Part shown: piece by piece, positions 9,775 to 23,891 of the stretch | Layout: the number at the start of each line of letters is the position of its first letter | Numbering within the stretch: position 1 is the first letter of the stretch | Assembly (NCBI GenBank): GCA_963752475.1 | Contig: CAVVYR010000004.1 | Span: 128,001-192,000 of the forward strand | Direction of reading: 5' to 3' | Length of the DNA stretch: 64,000 nucleotides | Origin: an uncultured Chloroflexia bacterium | GTDB lineage: Bacteria; Chloroflexota; Limnocylindria; Limnocylindrales; CSP1-4 | The notes under the pieces: generated by a model | What the model was told of the DNA's origin: nothing | The model's input: the letters and a program-made list of their open reading frames with translations, nothing else | Databases searched by the model: none | Made by a program: the position numbers and the translations under genes

Positions 9775-10391
9775 CCGAGGAGGAGCAACAGGCCCAACGC
9801 GACCATCACCAGTCCGCCGGCCACCGAGGTCCAGACAAGCCGCCGAGGGTCGCGGGCGAGGAAGAGGCGTGCACGCGCAGCCAGCACGGCCCAGGCGCCG
9901 TCGCTGACGATGGCGATGAGGCAGAAGAGGGCACCGAGCGCGATCATCTGGACGGCAACCGGGCCCGCGCCAGGCTCGACGTATCGCGGCAGCAGCGCGG
10001 CCAGGAAGACGACCGTCTTGGGGTTGGTGACACCGACCACGAAGCCATCGCGCCAGGGCCTGGTCGTCGGTGGCGGCGCGCTGATGTCCACTGCCCGCGC
10101 CGCATCGCCCCGATGGCGGATGGCCTGAAGCCCCAGCCATACGAGATAGGCGGCGCCGACGATCCTGAGCGACGCATAGACGAGATCGGAGCCGATGACG
10201 ATGACGCCGAGGCCGAGCGCGATGAAGACGGTCTGGACGAACACGCCGCTGGCGTTGCCCAGCACGGTCATCAGCGCGTTGTGCCGACCAGCGGCGATGG
10301 CCCGGCTGACCGCGAAGAGGACGCTGGGGCCGGGGACGACGATGACCGCGAACGAGACGGCGGCGAATCCGAGGACGGCGCTGACGTGCAT
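9771..10391 (-). CDS. LysE/RhtB family amino acid exporter
   Basis: VVPGPS, GAAYLVWLG, GFVVGVTNPK. Confidence 0.92.
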   Translation of the reverse strand: MHVSAVLGFAAVSFAVIVVPGPSVLFAVSRAIAAGRHNALMTVLGNASGVFVQTVFIALGLGVIVIGSDLVYASLRIVGAAYLVWLGLQAIRHRGDAARAVDISAPPPTTRPWRDGFVVGVTNPKTVVFLAALLPRYVEPGAGPVAVQMIALGALFCLIAIVSDGAWAVLAARARLFLARDPRRLVWTSVAGGLVMVALGLLLLLG

Positions 10392-10472
10392 GTCACCATC
10401 CTCGCAGTCGATAGGGTGCGGATGCGCCGGTCTCGCTAGCCGCTTCGTCTTGGGGCTGCGATAATCTCTGAG

Positions 10473-10907
10473 ATGGACTCTATCGACCGCGATATCCTCC
10501 GTGAGCTCGAACGGGATGGACGCATGCGCTGGGGGGTGCTGGCCGCGCGCGTGCATCTCTCGCCCAATGCCGTCGCCGAGCGGGTGCGTCGCCTCCAACG
10601 CAGTGGCGTCATCGCCGGTTTCTCCGTGCGGCGCGATTGGACCACGCTGGGTCAGCCCATCCACGCCTACATCGACATCAAGCTCGTGCCCGGTGCCCAC
10701 CACGCGGCCTTCGAGGCCGAGCTCGGCTTGCACGAAGCGATCACGGAAGCCCACCACGTGACCGGCCGCTATGACTACCTCCTGAGCGGTCACTTCGCCG
10801 ATCTGCAGGCCGTGGACGGGCTGCTCGAAGCGTTGAAGCGTGATGGCTTGGTGGCCGAGTCCGAGACCCGTTTTGTCCTGCGCTCGGTCGAAGCGGCCTC
10901 GCTGTAG
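10473..10907 (+). CDS. Lrp/AsnC family regulator, divergent from the LysE exporter
   Basis: MDSIDRDILRELERDGR HTH, ERVRRL, VTGRYDYLL. Confidence 0.93.
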   Translation: MDSIDRDILRELERDGRMRWGVLAARVHLSPNAVAERVRRLQRSGVIAGFSVRRDWTTLGQPIHAYIDIKLVPGAHHAAFEAELGLHEAITEAHHVTGRYDYLLSGHFADLQAVDGLLEALKRDGLVAESETRFVLRSVEAASL

Positions 10908-11092
10908 TCATCCGTCGCCACCATCGACCGTAGTCGACCTCGTAGTCACCGACGCAGGTCATTTCGGCGCCGAAATCGGTCTGCTCGATAGTCAGGCGTC
11001 GACCGGGGCGACGCGTGACGACGACCGGCGATCGGATGGCGGACTACGGTCGACTCCGACGACAGGTGTCCACCGGAAGACGCCAGACGGAA

Positions 11093-11209
11093 CGGGAGCG
11101 TCGGTGGGGGCGACGGGTGACCACGAGCCTGCGGGAGCGTCGGTGGGGGCGACGGGTGACCACGAGCCTGCGGGAGCGTCGGTGGGGGCGACGGGTGACC
11201 ATGAGCCTG
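11093..11209. repeat. 39-bp tandem repeat, 3 copies, intergenic
   Basis: CGGGAGCGTCGGTGGGGGCGACGGGTGACCACGAGCCTG at 11093, 11132 and 11171 (one C>T in copy 3); no spacers. Confidence 0.95.
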
Positions 11210-11325
11210 CCGTCGGAAGCATGCCCGACCCAAGTCGAGTGCCACGCCGGGGCATTGCGACCGCCGGAATCAGAACGGGCGCCCGGCTCGAGGCCGGACG
11301 CCCGCGGAGTTGCGGGGTGGGGTGA

Positions 11326-12350
11326 CTACGCGGTCGGCGTGAGGTTCGCCGGAGCACTCCACGAGTGCAGCGTGCGGATGTACTGGGCGCGCTCGAACGT
11401 GCCCGGATCCTCGACGCTGCCCTGGCTGGCGGAACCGCGCAGCTGGGTCACGGAGCTGTACTCGTTCTCCACGAGCCAGGTCCGCATCTCGGACTCGATA
11501 TCCGCGATCTTGCCGGGGCCGTCACGGAGGACCGCAGAGGCCAGCATGGCCACATCAGCGCCGACCATCACGGCCTTCACCGCATCGCTGCCGCTGTGGA
11601 TGCCCGACGTGGCCGCGATGGACACGTCCGGACCAAGCTGCGGCCGCAGGATGGCGGTCCAGCGCATCGGCAGGCGGAGCTCCGAGGGATGGCTCAGGCT
11701 CACCCGCGGCACGACCGCGAGCTCCTCGAGGTCGATATCCGGCTGGTAGAAGCGGTTGAACAGGACAAGCCCGTTGGCACCCGCCTCGATGACCTTGCCG
11801 GCGAAATTGGAGAGCGACGAGTAGTACGGGCTCAGCTTCACCGCCAGCGGGATGGCCACGGCCGAGCGCACGGCCGCGATGAGCTCGAGGTCTTCATCCT
11901 CGATCTCGACCGCGTTCTTGGTGCGGTCGACGCTGATGCGATAGAGGTTCAGCTCCAGTGCGTCGGCGCCCGAGTCGGCCATGAGCTTGGCGAAGCGGAC
12001 CCAGCCACCCACCGAGTTGGCGTTGAGGCTGGCGATGATAGGCACTGACGCCTGCTTCTTCAGGGTCTCGAGCGAGCGCAGGTAGCGGTCACCCTCACCG
12101 ATGAACGTGTCGACCTCGGGGAAGTAGTCGAGCGCTTCAGCGAAGCCCTCGGTGCCCTGGTCGAGCGAGGCCGCGAGCTCGAGCTCCTCGTTCTCGATCT
12201 CCTCCTCGAAGAGGCTGGGCATGACGATCGCACCAGCGCCGGCCTCCTCGAACTTGGCGACCGCGTCCGGCTCACGCGTCAGCGGGTTGGCCGAGACCAC
12301 GAGCGGCGAACGAAGCTCGAGCCCCAAGTAGCGGGTGCTGAGATCGACGG

Positions 12351-12354
<4 letters not shown>
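11326..12354 (-). CDS. Dihydroorotate dehydrogenase-like FMN protein (PFOR-associated type)
   Basis: DLST.YLGL.L.SPL, GAGAIVMPSLFEE, ALELN, VKLSPY, LVLFNRFYQPDID; overlaps the nifJ stop. Confidence 0.88.
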
Positions 12355-15992
<3,638 letters not shown>

Positions 15993-16347
15993 GTGCCGGG
16001 CCTCCTTGGTGAAATGGATTGTGGGCACCCGTTGTCTGTGGGTGGACTCAGGGTCAGCGTCGTACCCGCGGCCAAGGGGGAGGTCGCGGGTCGAGACCAA
16101 GTGTGCACGGCAACCCGACACCAGAGCAGGGCCACTAGGCCCCCACTCGAGCGGGTGAGCGGTCATCTCTATCGCGGACCACCGGCCCCTGCGCGGTGAG
16201 GGGTGCTGGGGGGCGGTGTGGTGCGTTGACGCCTACACGACGTGCGCATGTCGGGCTAGCCCTACCTCAGAATGGGGGTCTGCCGGCTTGGACCCGCCGC
16301 CGGGCGACGGGTACGCTTCAGGTCCAGAAACGAGAGGACGAGGAGTA

Positions 16348-17412
16348 ATGGAACGAAACGTATTGCGAGCGCTCTTGCTCGCCATGACCGTGCTGCTGAT
16401 CGGCGCGCTGCCGGCAGCAGCCCAATCCGAGGATCAGGGCTGGCTGCTGGCCAACCAGGACGACACCGTCACCATCGCCATCGAGCGTGACGTCTTCGTC
16501 GGTCCTGCAGAGCAGGCCGACTTCATCCTGGTGACCGAGGGCGAGGCCCTCATCGAGGGCAGTGTCGAGAGCCTCATCGGTGCTGAGGCTGACATCACCG
16601 TCAGCGGCTCCACCGCGCGCGTTGAGAACCTCTTCGCCTTCAGCGGCACGCTCACGCTGGAGGACGGCGCCACCATCGGTGAGGGCTACTTCTCGGACAC
16701 CGAGCCCGTGGTGGACGAGACGGTCATCATCGAGAGCGGCGAGCTCAGCGACATCCGCGAGGACGTCGCTGGCTGGCTCGCGGCCGTGGCCGTGCTGCTG
16801 ATCGTCGTGCTCATCTTCCTGGCCGTCGGCGGCATCATCGCGATGCTCTTCATGACGCTCCTGGTCATCGCCTTCGGCACCGACCAGACCCGTCGTGCCG
16901 GCTCGATGATCAGCAATGACGTGCTCAAGACCATCGTCGTGGGCCTGTTGATGCTGGTCGTACCCAGCATCGTCATCGGCCTCCTCTTCGCCACCATCGT
17001 GGGCATCCCGCTGGCGCTGGTGCTGGCGATCATGTGGGGCGTCGTCGTCTTCCTCGGCCAGGTCGTCGTGGCCACCTGGATCGGCGAGCGCATCCTGCCC
17101 CGGGCCCGCACGGCCGGGCGTCCCTACGGCGCCGCCTTCCTGGGCATGCTGATCCTGATCCTGCTCTGGTGGACCGGTATCGTGCCGCTCCTCGCCGGGA
17201 TCTTCGGCACCGGTGCGGTGACCCTCGCCGGCTGGCGCATGCTGCGCGGTGGCGGTACCCCGCCGGTGCCTCCGGGCTACGGCGATCAGTACGGCCAGCC
17301 CATGCAGGTCGCGCCGCCGCCCTACGCTCCTCCGCCCTACGCGCCGCCTCCGCCGCAGGGCAACTGGCCGCCGCAGGGTGGGCAGCCGCCCGGCAGCTGG
17401 CCCCAGGGTTAG
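16348..17412 (+). CDS. Membrane protein with secreted beta-rich (bactofilin-like) N-domain, multi-TM domain and Pro-rich tail
   Basis: AGGAG RBS; signal peptide ending AAAQ; about 5 TM segments; PPPYAPPPYAPPP tail. Confidence 0.7.
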   Translation: MERNVLRALLLAMTVLLIGALPAAAQSEDQGWLLANQDDTVTIAIERDVFVGPAEQADFILVTEGEALIEGSVESLIGAEADITVSGSTARVENLFAFSGTLTLEDGATIGEGYFSDTEPVVDETVIIESGELSDIREDVAGWLAAVAVLLIVVLIFLAVGGIIAMLFMTLLVIAFGTDQTRRAGSMISNDVLKTIVVGLLMLVVPSIVIGLLFATIVGIPLALVLAIMWGVVVFLGQVVVATWIGERILPRARTAGRPYGAAFLGMLILILLWWTGIVPLLAGIFGTGAVTLAGWRMLRGGGTPPVPPGYGDQYGQPMQVAPPPYAPPPYAPPPPQGNWPPQGGQPPGSWPQG

Positions 17413-17426
17413 GCCATAACGGAACG

Positions 17427-17469
17427 GCCCCGTCGCTCGGTCACCAGACCGGACGGCGGGGCTTCTTCG
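17427..17469 (+). terminator. Intrinsic terminator-like hairpin between convergent genes
   Basis: GCCCCGTCG...CGGCGGGGC followed by TTCTT. Confidence 0.6.
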
Positions 17470-17479
17470 TGGGTCGACC

Positions 17480-18352
17480 TCAGCCGCGCTGGGTCAAGGA
17501 GCCCCCGGGATCGACGATGATCGGCCGCAGCCCCTGTCGCAGGAACCAGCTCTCACGCGTGAGCAGGCCGTCGATGCGAGCCAGGCGGTCGACCGTGTCC
17601 GGCGCTTCGAGCAACTCCTGGCGAGCGGCCAGGTCGACCTGGATGAGCGCGGTGAGCACGTAGGACAGCGCTGTCGGATCGTCCGTCCCCGTCAGCCGAC
17701 GAGCCGCGGCCATGAGCAGCTCGCGCCGCTGCTCGGGCGAGAGGTCGGACGCGTCCAACTCCTGGACCAGGGCATCGGTGGCCTCGCCCAGGACACCATC
17801 GTCCCCTTCGGCCGACGCCGCCGGGGGCTCCGCGACCGCGGCATCGGGCGGCTCGCCGGACTCGTCCGCGTCGTCGTCCACCTCTACCTCGAACTCGATC
17901 TCGATCTCCGGGCCGTCCTCGGCGCCCTCGGGCTGGAGCAGCTCGAGGTATTCGATGAAGCGCCGGCCCACCCGCTCGGCGCGGTCGCTGGCCTCTGCCT
18001 CCGATCCGGTGGGCTCATCGAGCAGGCTGACCCTGCCGACGAGGTACGGCTCCGAGACGGTGTCCACATCCTCCAGGCGGAAGCGCTGCTGGCCCACGGT
18101 CAGGACGTCCAGCCGGCCGTCCGGGTAGGTGCCGGCACGGCGGATGGCGGCGGTGGTGCCGACGGCCGCGACCTGACCCTTGAGCGGACCGACCTCGCGG
18201 CCCTCACGCAGGAGCACCACACCGAACGGCTCTCCGCGCTCGATGCAGCGGTTGATCATCAGGCGGTAGCGCTCCTCGAAGATGTGCAGCGGGAGGGCCA
18301 CACCAGGGCAGAGCACGGAGCGGAGCGGGAACAGCGGAATCTCGATCACCAT
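17480..18352 (-). CDS. Stand-alone LON peptidase substrate-binding (N-terminal) domain protein
   Basis: IPLFPL..VL.PG..LPLHIFEERYRLMI, FGVVL, VGT.A.I, RQELLE. Confidence 0.9.
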   Translation of the reverse strand: MVIEIPLFPLRSVLCPGVALPLHIFEERYRLMINRCIERGEPFGVVLLREGREVGPLKGQVAAVGTTAAIRRAGTYPDGRLDVLTVGQQRFRLEDVDTVSEPYLVGRVSLLDEPTGSEAEASDRAERVGRRFIEYLELLQPEGAEDGPEIEIEFEVEVDDDADESGEPPDAAVAEPPAASAEGDDGVLGEATDALVQELDASDLSPEQRRELLMAAARRLTGTDDPTALSYVLTALIQVDLAARQELLEAPDTVDRLARIDGLLTRESWFLRQGLRPIIVDPGGSLTQRG

Positions 18353-18422
18353 CGAATCCTTGCAGGAATCAGAAAGGCGAGCCCGGCGGGCCCGCCTCTG
18401 GCTGGGAAGTCGGGTCAGCCGA

Positions 18423-18842
18423 TCAGTGGCCGCAGGCGCCCGGTGCACCGGCCGACTCCTCGGTGCGGAAGCTGCTGCCGCAGCCGCAACCGGAGACGGC
18501 GTTGGGATTGTTGACCGTGAAGCCGGCGCCCATGAGCGTGTCGACGTAGTCGATCTCCGAGCCCGTGAGCAGCTGCGTGGACTGCGGGTCGACGTAGACG
18601 TTGATGCCCTTCGACTCGACCTTGATGTCCTCGGCGGCCGGCTGGTCCTCGAGCATCATGCCGTAGCGGTAGCCGCTGCAGCCGCCGCTGTAGACGTACA
18701 CGCGCAGGCCGACGTTCGGGTCGGCCTCTTCCTTGGTCAGCTCGGTGAGCTTCTCGACGGCCGCGTCGGAGAGCGTGACGAGCGGAGTCTCGGTCTCGGT
18801 GGACGGGACGTTCTCTGGGGTCTGGGGCTGCGTCTCGAGCAT
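18423..18842 (-). CDS. erpA: A-type Fe-S carrier (ErpA/IscA/HesB)
   Basis: LRVYVYSGGCSGY.Y, IDY, F.V.NPNA..GCGCGSSF. Confidence 0.93.
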   Translation of the reverse strand: MLETQPQTPENVPSTETETPLVTLSDAAVEKLTELTKEEADPNVGLRVYVYSGGCSGYRYGMMLEDQPAAEDIKVESKGINVYVDPQSTQLLTGSEIDYVDTLMGAGFTVNNPNAVSGCGCGSSFRTEESAGAPGACGH

Positions 18843-18899
18843 CGAGGGGACCTCCGGGGGTGAGTCAGACTGCGGACGATCCGTGTGGATCACGGGCTT

Positions 18900-18924
18900 A
18901 AATCCTACCCGCACGGTAAGGATT
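18900..18924. promoter_or_regulatory. Imperfect 25-bp palindrome upstream of erpA, candidate Rrf2 (IscR-like) operator
   Basis: AAATCCTACC-CGCAC-GGTAAGGATT, AT-rich relative to its flanks. Confidence 0.4.
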
Positions 18925-19029
18925 GGGCAAGCACCGGGGCCAGAGGTTCGAGCAGGTGCGGTCCGCGCCAGAGGGATGCCGTACGCCCGGGTGGTGGGTT
19001 CTACCGTCCGCGGGGGGCACGCTTCGACC

Positions 19030-19608
19030 ATGCCCCGCGCTGTCCCTCGCACCGTCGCGTTCGCCACCATCTTGGCCATGCTGCTCGCGCTCGTGGCCGT
19101 GGGCCCCACGTCGGCCGGCTCGGTCAAGCGCGACCCTGGTGCCGAGGCCTATGCGCTGCAGCTGCTCAACTGCACCCGGACCGGAGGCTTCGTGCGGGCG
19201 AACGGCACCTGTGCCGGTCGGGGTAGCGGCAAGTATTCGGTCAAGCGCAGGCCACTGCGGATGCATCGGAACATCAGGGCCACGGTGGCCTGGCCGTGGG
19301 CCCGCACGATGGTCGTCCACGACGCCTGCGCCCACGCCATCACGGGCAAGCCGAACCTGACGAGGCGATTGCGTAGCAGGGGCTTCCGCGCCGGGACCTA
19401 CGGGGAGAACGTGGGCTGTGGCTGGGGCTCCGGCGACACGCGGGCGATCGTCCTGGCCACGCATCGTGCCATGCAGGCCGAGAAGAAAGCCAACGGCGGC
19501 CACTGGCAGAACATCAAGAACCCCGCCTACAAGAGCGTGGGCATCGGCGTGGCCAAGGGCAACGGCCGCGTGATGGTCGTGTGGGATTTCTACAGCAGGC
19601 GCTCCTAG
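19030..19608 (+). CDS. Secreted CAP (SCP) domain protein
   Basis: Signal peptide; LLNCTR, YGENVG, GH.QNI.NP.YK.VGIGVA. Confidence 0.85.
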   Translation: MPRAVPRTVAFATILAMLLALVAVGPTSAGSVKRDPGAEAYALQLLNCTRTGGFVRANGTCAGRGSGKYSVKRRPLRMHRNIRATVAWPWARTMVVHDACAHAITGKPNLTRRLRSRGFRAGTYGENVGCGWGSGDTRAIVLATHRAMQAEKKANGGHWQNIKNPAYKSVGIGVAKGNGRVMVVWDFYSRRS

Positions 19609-20844
19609 TCACTCCGCCACGTTCTCCACGATCGTGGCGATGCCCTGCCCCACCCCGATGCACATCGTGGCCAGGCCGTAGCGAGCGTGACGACGTCGCA
19701 GCTCGTGCACCAGCATCGTCATCAGCCGCGCGCCGCTCATGCCCAGCGGGTGTCCGAGCGCGATGGCGCCACCGTTGACGTTCACGCGCTCGGGGTCCAG
19801 ACCGAGCTCACGCATGCAGGCGACCGACTGGCTGGCGAAGGCCTCGTTGAGCTCGATGAGGTCGATCCGATCGATCTCCAGATCAGCGCGGGCGAGCGCC
19901 TTCTGCGTCGCCGGGACCGGACCCATGCCCATGACCGAAGGGTGCACGCCGGCCACGGCGGTGCTCACGATGCGCGCCAGCGGCCGCAGCCCGAGCGCCC
20001 GAGCGCGCTCAGCCTCGGCCATCACCAGCGCGGCCGCGCCGTCGTTGATGCCCGAGGCATTGCCGGCGGTCACGGTCCCGCTGCCATCGTCGCGGAAGAC
20101 CGGCTTGAGCCCGGCCAGGACTTCGGAGGTGGTGCCGGGTCGCGGGTGCTCGTCCCGGTCGATGGTGCTGGTGCTGCCGTCCGGCTCGGGCACGGTCACC
20201 GGGACCAGTTGTCCGTCGAAGCGACCGGCCTCGATGGCGGCTGCGGCACGCGCCTGGCTGCGAGCCGCGAACTCATCCTGCTCGGCACGGCTGACCCCGA
20301 ATCGCTCGGCCACGATCTCGGCCGTCTCGCCCAGCGTGACCACGGGGTAGGCCTCGTCGAGGCGCGGGTTCACGAAGCGCCAGCCGAGCTTGGAATCGGC
20401 ACGCTGTGGCGGCGCTGTGGGATCGTCCGGATCGGGCCTGAGCTCGACGAACGGAGCTCGCGACATCGACTCCACGCCGCCGGCCACGACCACCTCCGCG
20501 TCGCCGGCCATGATCGCATGAGCCGCAGTGTTGACCGCCTGAAGGCCCGAGCCGCAGAGCCGGTTGACCGTCTGCCCGGCGACCTCCACCGGCAGGCCCG
20601 CCAGCAGCACCGCCATCCGCGCGACGTTGCGGTTCTCTTCGCCGGCACCATTGGCATTGCCCAGGACCACGTCATCGACAGCCGACGGGTCCACTCCCGA
20701 GCGCTCGACGGCCGCGGCTACGACGAGCGCTGCGAGGTCGTCGGGTCGGGCCCGTGCGAGCGCACCACCGAAGCGCCCGATGGGCGTCCGCACCGCCTCG
20801 GTGATCCAGACCTCGCGCAGCGGTCGCGTCAGATCGCGGGTCAT
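19609..20844 (-). CDS. Thiolase (acetyl-CoA C-acyltransferase, PcaF/PaaJ-like)
   Basis: [34 protein letters not shown]. Confidence 0.95.
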   Translation of the reverse strand: MTRDLTRPLREVWITEAVRTPIGRFGGALARARPDDLAALVVAAAVERSGVDPSAVDDVVLGNANGAGEENRNVARMAVLLAGLPVEVAGQTVNRLCGSGLQAVNTAAHAIMAGDAEVVVAGGVESMSRAPFVELRPDPDDPTAPPQRADSKLGWRFVNPRLDEAYPVVTLGETAEIVAERFGVSRAEQDEFAARSQARAAAAIEAGRFDGQLVPVTVPEPDGSTSTIDRDEHPRPGTTSEVLAGLKPVFRDDGSGTVTAGNASGINDGAAALVMAEAERARALGLRPLARIVSTAVAGVHPSVMGMGPVPATQKALARADLEIDRIDLIELNEAFASQSVACMRELGLDPERVNVNGGAIALGHPLGMSGARLMTMLVHELRRRHARYGLATMCIGVGQGIATIVENVAE

Positions 20845-21611
20845 GGCGCGGCCGACCGTGCGCGGCGGAAGAACTGGGTCATGGCCGGGTTGAAGATGCC
20901 TGGCCGTTCGGCCTCGACGACATGGCCGCAGTCGGGCACCACCAGCAGCTTGCCCTGGGGCAGCTGTCGCTTGACCCGAACGGCCTCGTCGAGCGGCATC
21001 CAGGGGTCGTCGTCGCCGACCGCCAGCAGCACCGGCAGCCGGATCCTCCGCAGCTCCTCGGGCATGACCTCGGTCAGGTGCTGGCTGTCCTCACCGATGG
21101 CCTCGAGCAAGCGGCGCCAGGCGCCCTCACCCTGGTGTGGGTCGTGGCGCTGCTGCAGCTCGGCTGCCCAGACCGGGTCCTCAGCCAGGATCTTGTCGGG
21201 GTCCATGCGCACACGCGCCACGCTGGCAGCCGGTTCCGGTCGCAGCGCCGGTCCGATGACCAGCATCGAGTCCACGCGCTCAGGCTCACGAGCGGCCAGT
21301 TCGACGGCGGTCCGGGCGCCCATCGAGAGGCCCATGATGTGGAACCGCTCGAGGCCAAGGGCATCGACGAAGGCGAGGGCATCGTCGACGAGCGCGGTGC
21401 GAGACCAGCCCTCGCGGACGTCGAAGACCGTACGGTGATGGGCGCGCGCATCGGGCATGAAGAGCGTGAAGTCCGGGCGCAGCAGCGGCCGCTGGGCACC
21501 CCAGTCGTGGACCCCCATCGAGGTCGCGCCGTGGAGCATGAGCAGGGGCGGTCCCTGCCCCTCGGTGACGTAATGGATGTCGAGCCCGTTGGCCCGGACG
21601 GTGGCGCTCAT
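20841..21611 (-). CDS. Alpha/beta hydrolase
   Basis: LHG, GLSMG nucleophile elbow, GDDD, CGH. Confidence 0.9.
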   Translation of the reverse strand: MSATVRANGLDIHYVTEGQGPPLLMLHGATSMGVHDWGAQRPLLRPDFTLFMPDARAHHRTVFDVREGWSRTALVDDALAFVDALGLERFHIMGLSMGARTAVELAAREPERVDSMLVIGPALRPEPAASVARVRMDPDKILAEDPVWAAELQQRHDPHQGEGAWRRLLEAIGEDSQHLTEVMPEELRRIRLPVLLAVGDDDPWMPLDEAVRVKRQLPQGKLLVVPDCGHVVEAERPGIFNPAMTQFFRRARSAAP

Positions 21612-21661
21612 CGACGCTGATGTTCGCACGTCCGCGCGGCCGCCTCGCGTAGGCTGTGCCG

Positions 21662-22306
21662 ATGACCAGCGAGGAGCTCCGCATCCGACGGGTGCCGGCC
21701 CGGGCCCACTACGACCGCGCCACCATCGACGACATCGTCGACGCGGCCCTCATCGCCCACGTGGGCACGGTGCATGACGGACGGCCGGTGGTCATCCCCA
21801 TGCTGGCCGTGCGCGACGGCGACTGGCTGCTCCTGCACGGCGCTCACGCGTCGGGCACGTTCCGCCGCGGCCGAGGCCAACCGGTCTGCGTGGAGATGAC
21901 GCTGCTCGATGGACTGGTGCTCGCGCGCTCGGCCTTCCATCACTCCTTGAACTACCGCTCGGTGGTCATCCACGGCGAAGCGGAGTCCATCACCGATGAG
22001 GCGGCGCGGCGCCGGGCGCTCGACCTGTTCGTGGAGCGGCTTACCCCCGGCCGCAACGAGCAGCTCCGACCGATGAGTCACGCGGAGCTGCGGCAGACGG
22101 GGGTCATGCGCGTCTCGCTCGAGCGTGCCTCCGCCAAGGTCCGCACCGGTGCGCCGGTCGACGAGGACGAGGACTACGACTGGCCGGTGTGGGCCGGTGT
22201 GCTGCCGGTGGCGACCGCCATCGGCCAGCCGCAGCCCGATCCGAAGCTGAGCGATGGCATCGGGGTCCCGCCGCACGTGCGCGATCTGGCGGACACCACG
22301 CGCTAG
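21662..22306 (+). CDS. Pyridoxamine 5'-phosphate oxidase-like flavin-binding protein
   Basis: RA.YDR, LHG, DGLVLARSAFHHSLNYRSVV, SAKVRTG.P.D, WAGVLP. Confidence 0.9.
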   Translation: MTSEELRIRRVPARAHYDRATIDDIVDAALIAHVGTVHDGRPVVIPMLAVRDGDWLLLHGAHASGTFRRGRGQPVCVEMTLLDGLVLARSAFHHSLNYRSVVIHGEAESITDEAARRRALDLFVERLTPGRNEQLRPMSHAELRQTGVMRVSLERASAKVRTGAPVDEDEDYDWPVWAGVLPVATAIGQPQPDPKLSDGIGVPPHVRDLADTTR

Positions 22307-22659
22307 GCCGTCGAGGGCTCGTCCGGCCCGGGCGCCTCCAGCGGCTGGAGCAGGACATCGTGCTGCTCGGGATGCTTCTGCAGCCAGGCCACGATGAAGG
22401 GGCACTTGGGGATGACCCGGACCCCTCGCTCACGCAGATCCTCGAGCACCGCTCGCACGAGCCGGCTGCCGATGCCCTTGCCTTCGAAGCCGACGAGGAC
22501 CTCGGTGTGCGTGAGCACGATGAACTCCTCGCTCACGCGATAGTCGATCAGGCCTGCCAGCTCTCGCTCGTCCCCGAGCCGAGCTTCATAGCGCTCGAGG
22601 TCAGGCACGTCGAGGACGTGCAGGTCGGGTCGCGGGGGCATCTGCTGTGGCGCGTTCAT
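22303..22659 (-). CDS. Small GNAT acetyltransferase (YjdJ-like)
   Basis: LTHTEV, EGKGIGSRL, PKCPFI..W..KHPE. Confidence 0.9.
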   Translation of the reverse strand: MNAPQQMPPRPDLHVLDVPDLERYEARLGDERELAGLIDYRVSEEFIVLTHTEVLVGFEGKGIGSRLVRAVLEDLRERGVRVIPKCPFIVAWLQKHPEQHDVLLQPLEAPGPDEPSTA

Positions 22660-23891
22660 CGGCCCTCCTTGAAGGCAGCGTAGAGGCTCGGCAGCGCCGC
22701 TGCCGGATCACGGTAGAAGGCCGTTGCGTCGACCTCGATACGGGCGCGCGGGGAGGGCTCGCTGATGACCGGGGCGCTGGCGATGAACTCACGGATGACC
22801 TCGGCATGGGGCTTGAGCGAACCATCGGGTCGGACCAGGCCGAAGTGGCGCTCGTGTCGCTGGTGATCACACGGCGCTCGATCCCAGAGGTCCTCGTGGT
22901 AGTCCGCGAAGCACCAGACCATGGCGCCCGTGGCCCCGACCTCGACGAGCCGCGGGAAGACCTCGGCCAGGTGGTCCGCCAGCACCCGCTCCGAGAGCAT
23001 GATCTGGTCGTGCTGCCGATAGGGCGAGCGCCAACTCCAGTCCACCGTGTCCGAGCCGGGCGGCGCGGTGCAGGCACCGAACTCCTCCATCATCGTCGGT
23101 CGCCCCGAGAGCGCCGCGGTCAGCGCGGTCGCGAAGGGCACGGTGTCGGGATCGAGCGCGCCCACGCCGAAGTTCGCGTAGATGGGATAGGTGTGCATGA
23201 CCGCGAAGTCGGCGCCGGCGAAGACCTGGTCCGCTCGCAGGTGATTGCGCGTGCTCAACGATGGCGAGTGCAGCCCGATCGTCCGATGCCGCTCCGGATC
23301 GATCCCGACGATGACCTCGAACATCCGTGACGCCCACGCCGCGCCGGTGTCGTCATCGGGTGGAACCGCAAAGTTGTCGGGCTCGTTGCCCAGGTTCCAG
23401 GCCCAGACGCCCGGGTGATCCTTGAGCCGGCCGACGACCTCGCGTAGTAGGAGTTCGGCGGCAGCGATCGCCGTGGGGTCGCTGAATGGGTTGCGGTATC
23501 TGCCGGCATCCTCGTTAGCACCACTAACGACCTGCCGGCCCTCCGGGATCTCCATGTCCCCACCGAGCAGCCAGGCGGGGGCCCAGTTGGGGCCGCTCAT
23601 GTGGCCGGTGAAGAACGTGACGTCGAGCCCGAGGCCCCGTTCGGCCGCGATGTCGGCCACGACCTCGAGATCGTCGAGCGCCTCCCCTGAGACCGAGTCG
23701 GGCGTGGGCCCGAAGTCCTCCCACAGCAGGAAGATGCGGACGAGCCGCATGCCGAGGCTGGCGATGAGGTCGAACTCTTCGGCCACCTCATCGCGCTCGA
23801 AGTCCTTCCACCAGTACATCGCCTTACGTCTGGGCCAGTAGTTGACCCCGACCGGGAAGGGCTGGCCCACGGCCAGGTCATTCGCGCTCAT
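22656..23891 (-). CDS. Clan GH-A glycoside hydrolase (GH5-like; possibly beta-mannosidase/mannanase)
   Basis: GVNYWP, RIFLLW, WNLGNEP acid/base, MMEEFG nucleophile, HERHFGL. Confidence 0.82.
   Translation of the reverse strand: MSANDLAVGQPFPVGVNYWPRRKAMYWWKDFERDEVAEEFDLIASLGMRLVRIFLLWEDFGPTPDSVSGEALDDLEVVADIAAERGLGLDVTFFTGHMSGPNWAPAWLLGGDMEIPEGRQVVSGANEDAGRYRNPFSDPTAIAAAELLLREVVGRLKDHPGVWAWNLGNEPDNFAVPPDDDTGAAWASRMFEVIVGIDPERHRTIGLHSPSLSTRNHLRADQVFAGADFAVMHTYPIYANFGVGALDPDTVPFATALTAALSGRPTMMEEFGACTAPPGSDTVDWSWRSPYRQHDQIMLSERVLADHLAEVFPRLVEVGATGAMVWCFADYHEDLWDRAPCDHQRHERHFGLVRPDGSLKPHAEVIREFIASAPVISEPSPRARIEVDATAFYRDPAAALPSLYAAFKEGR

Noticed and set aside
11093-11209. CRISPR array
   Set aside because: The repeats are contiguous with no spacers, and there are no cas genes
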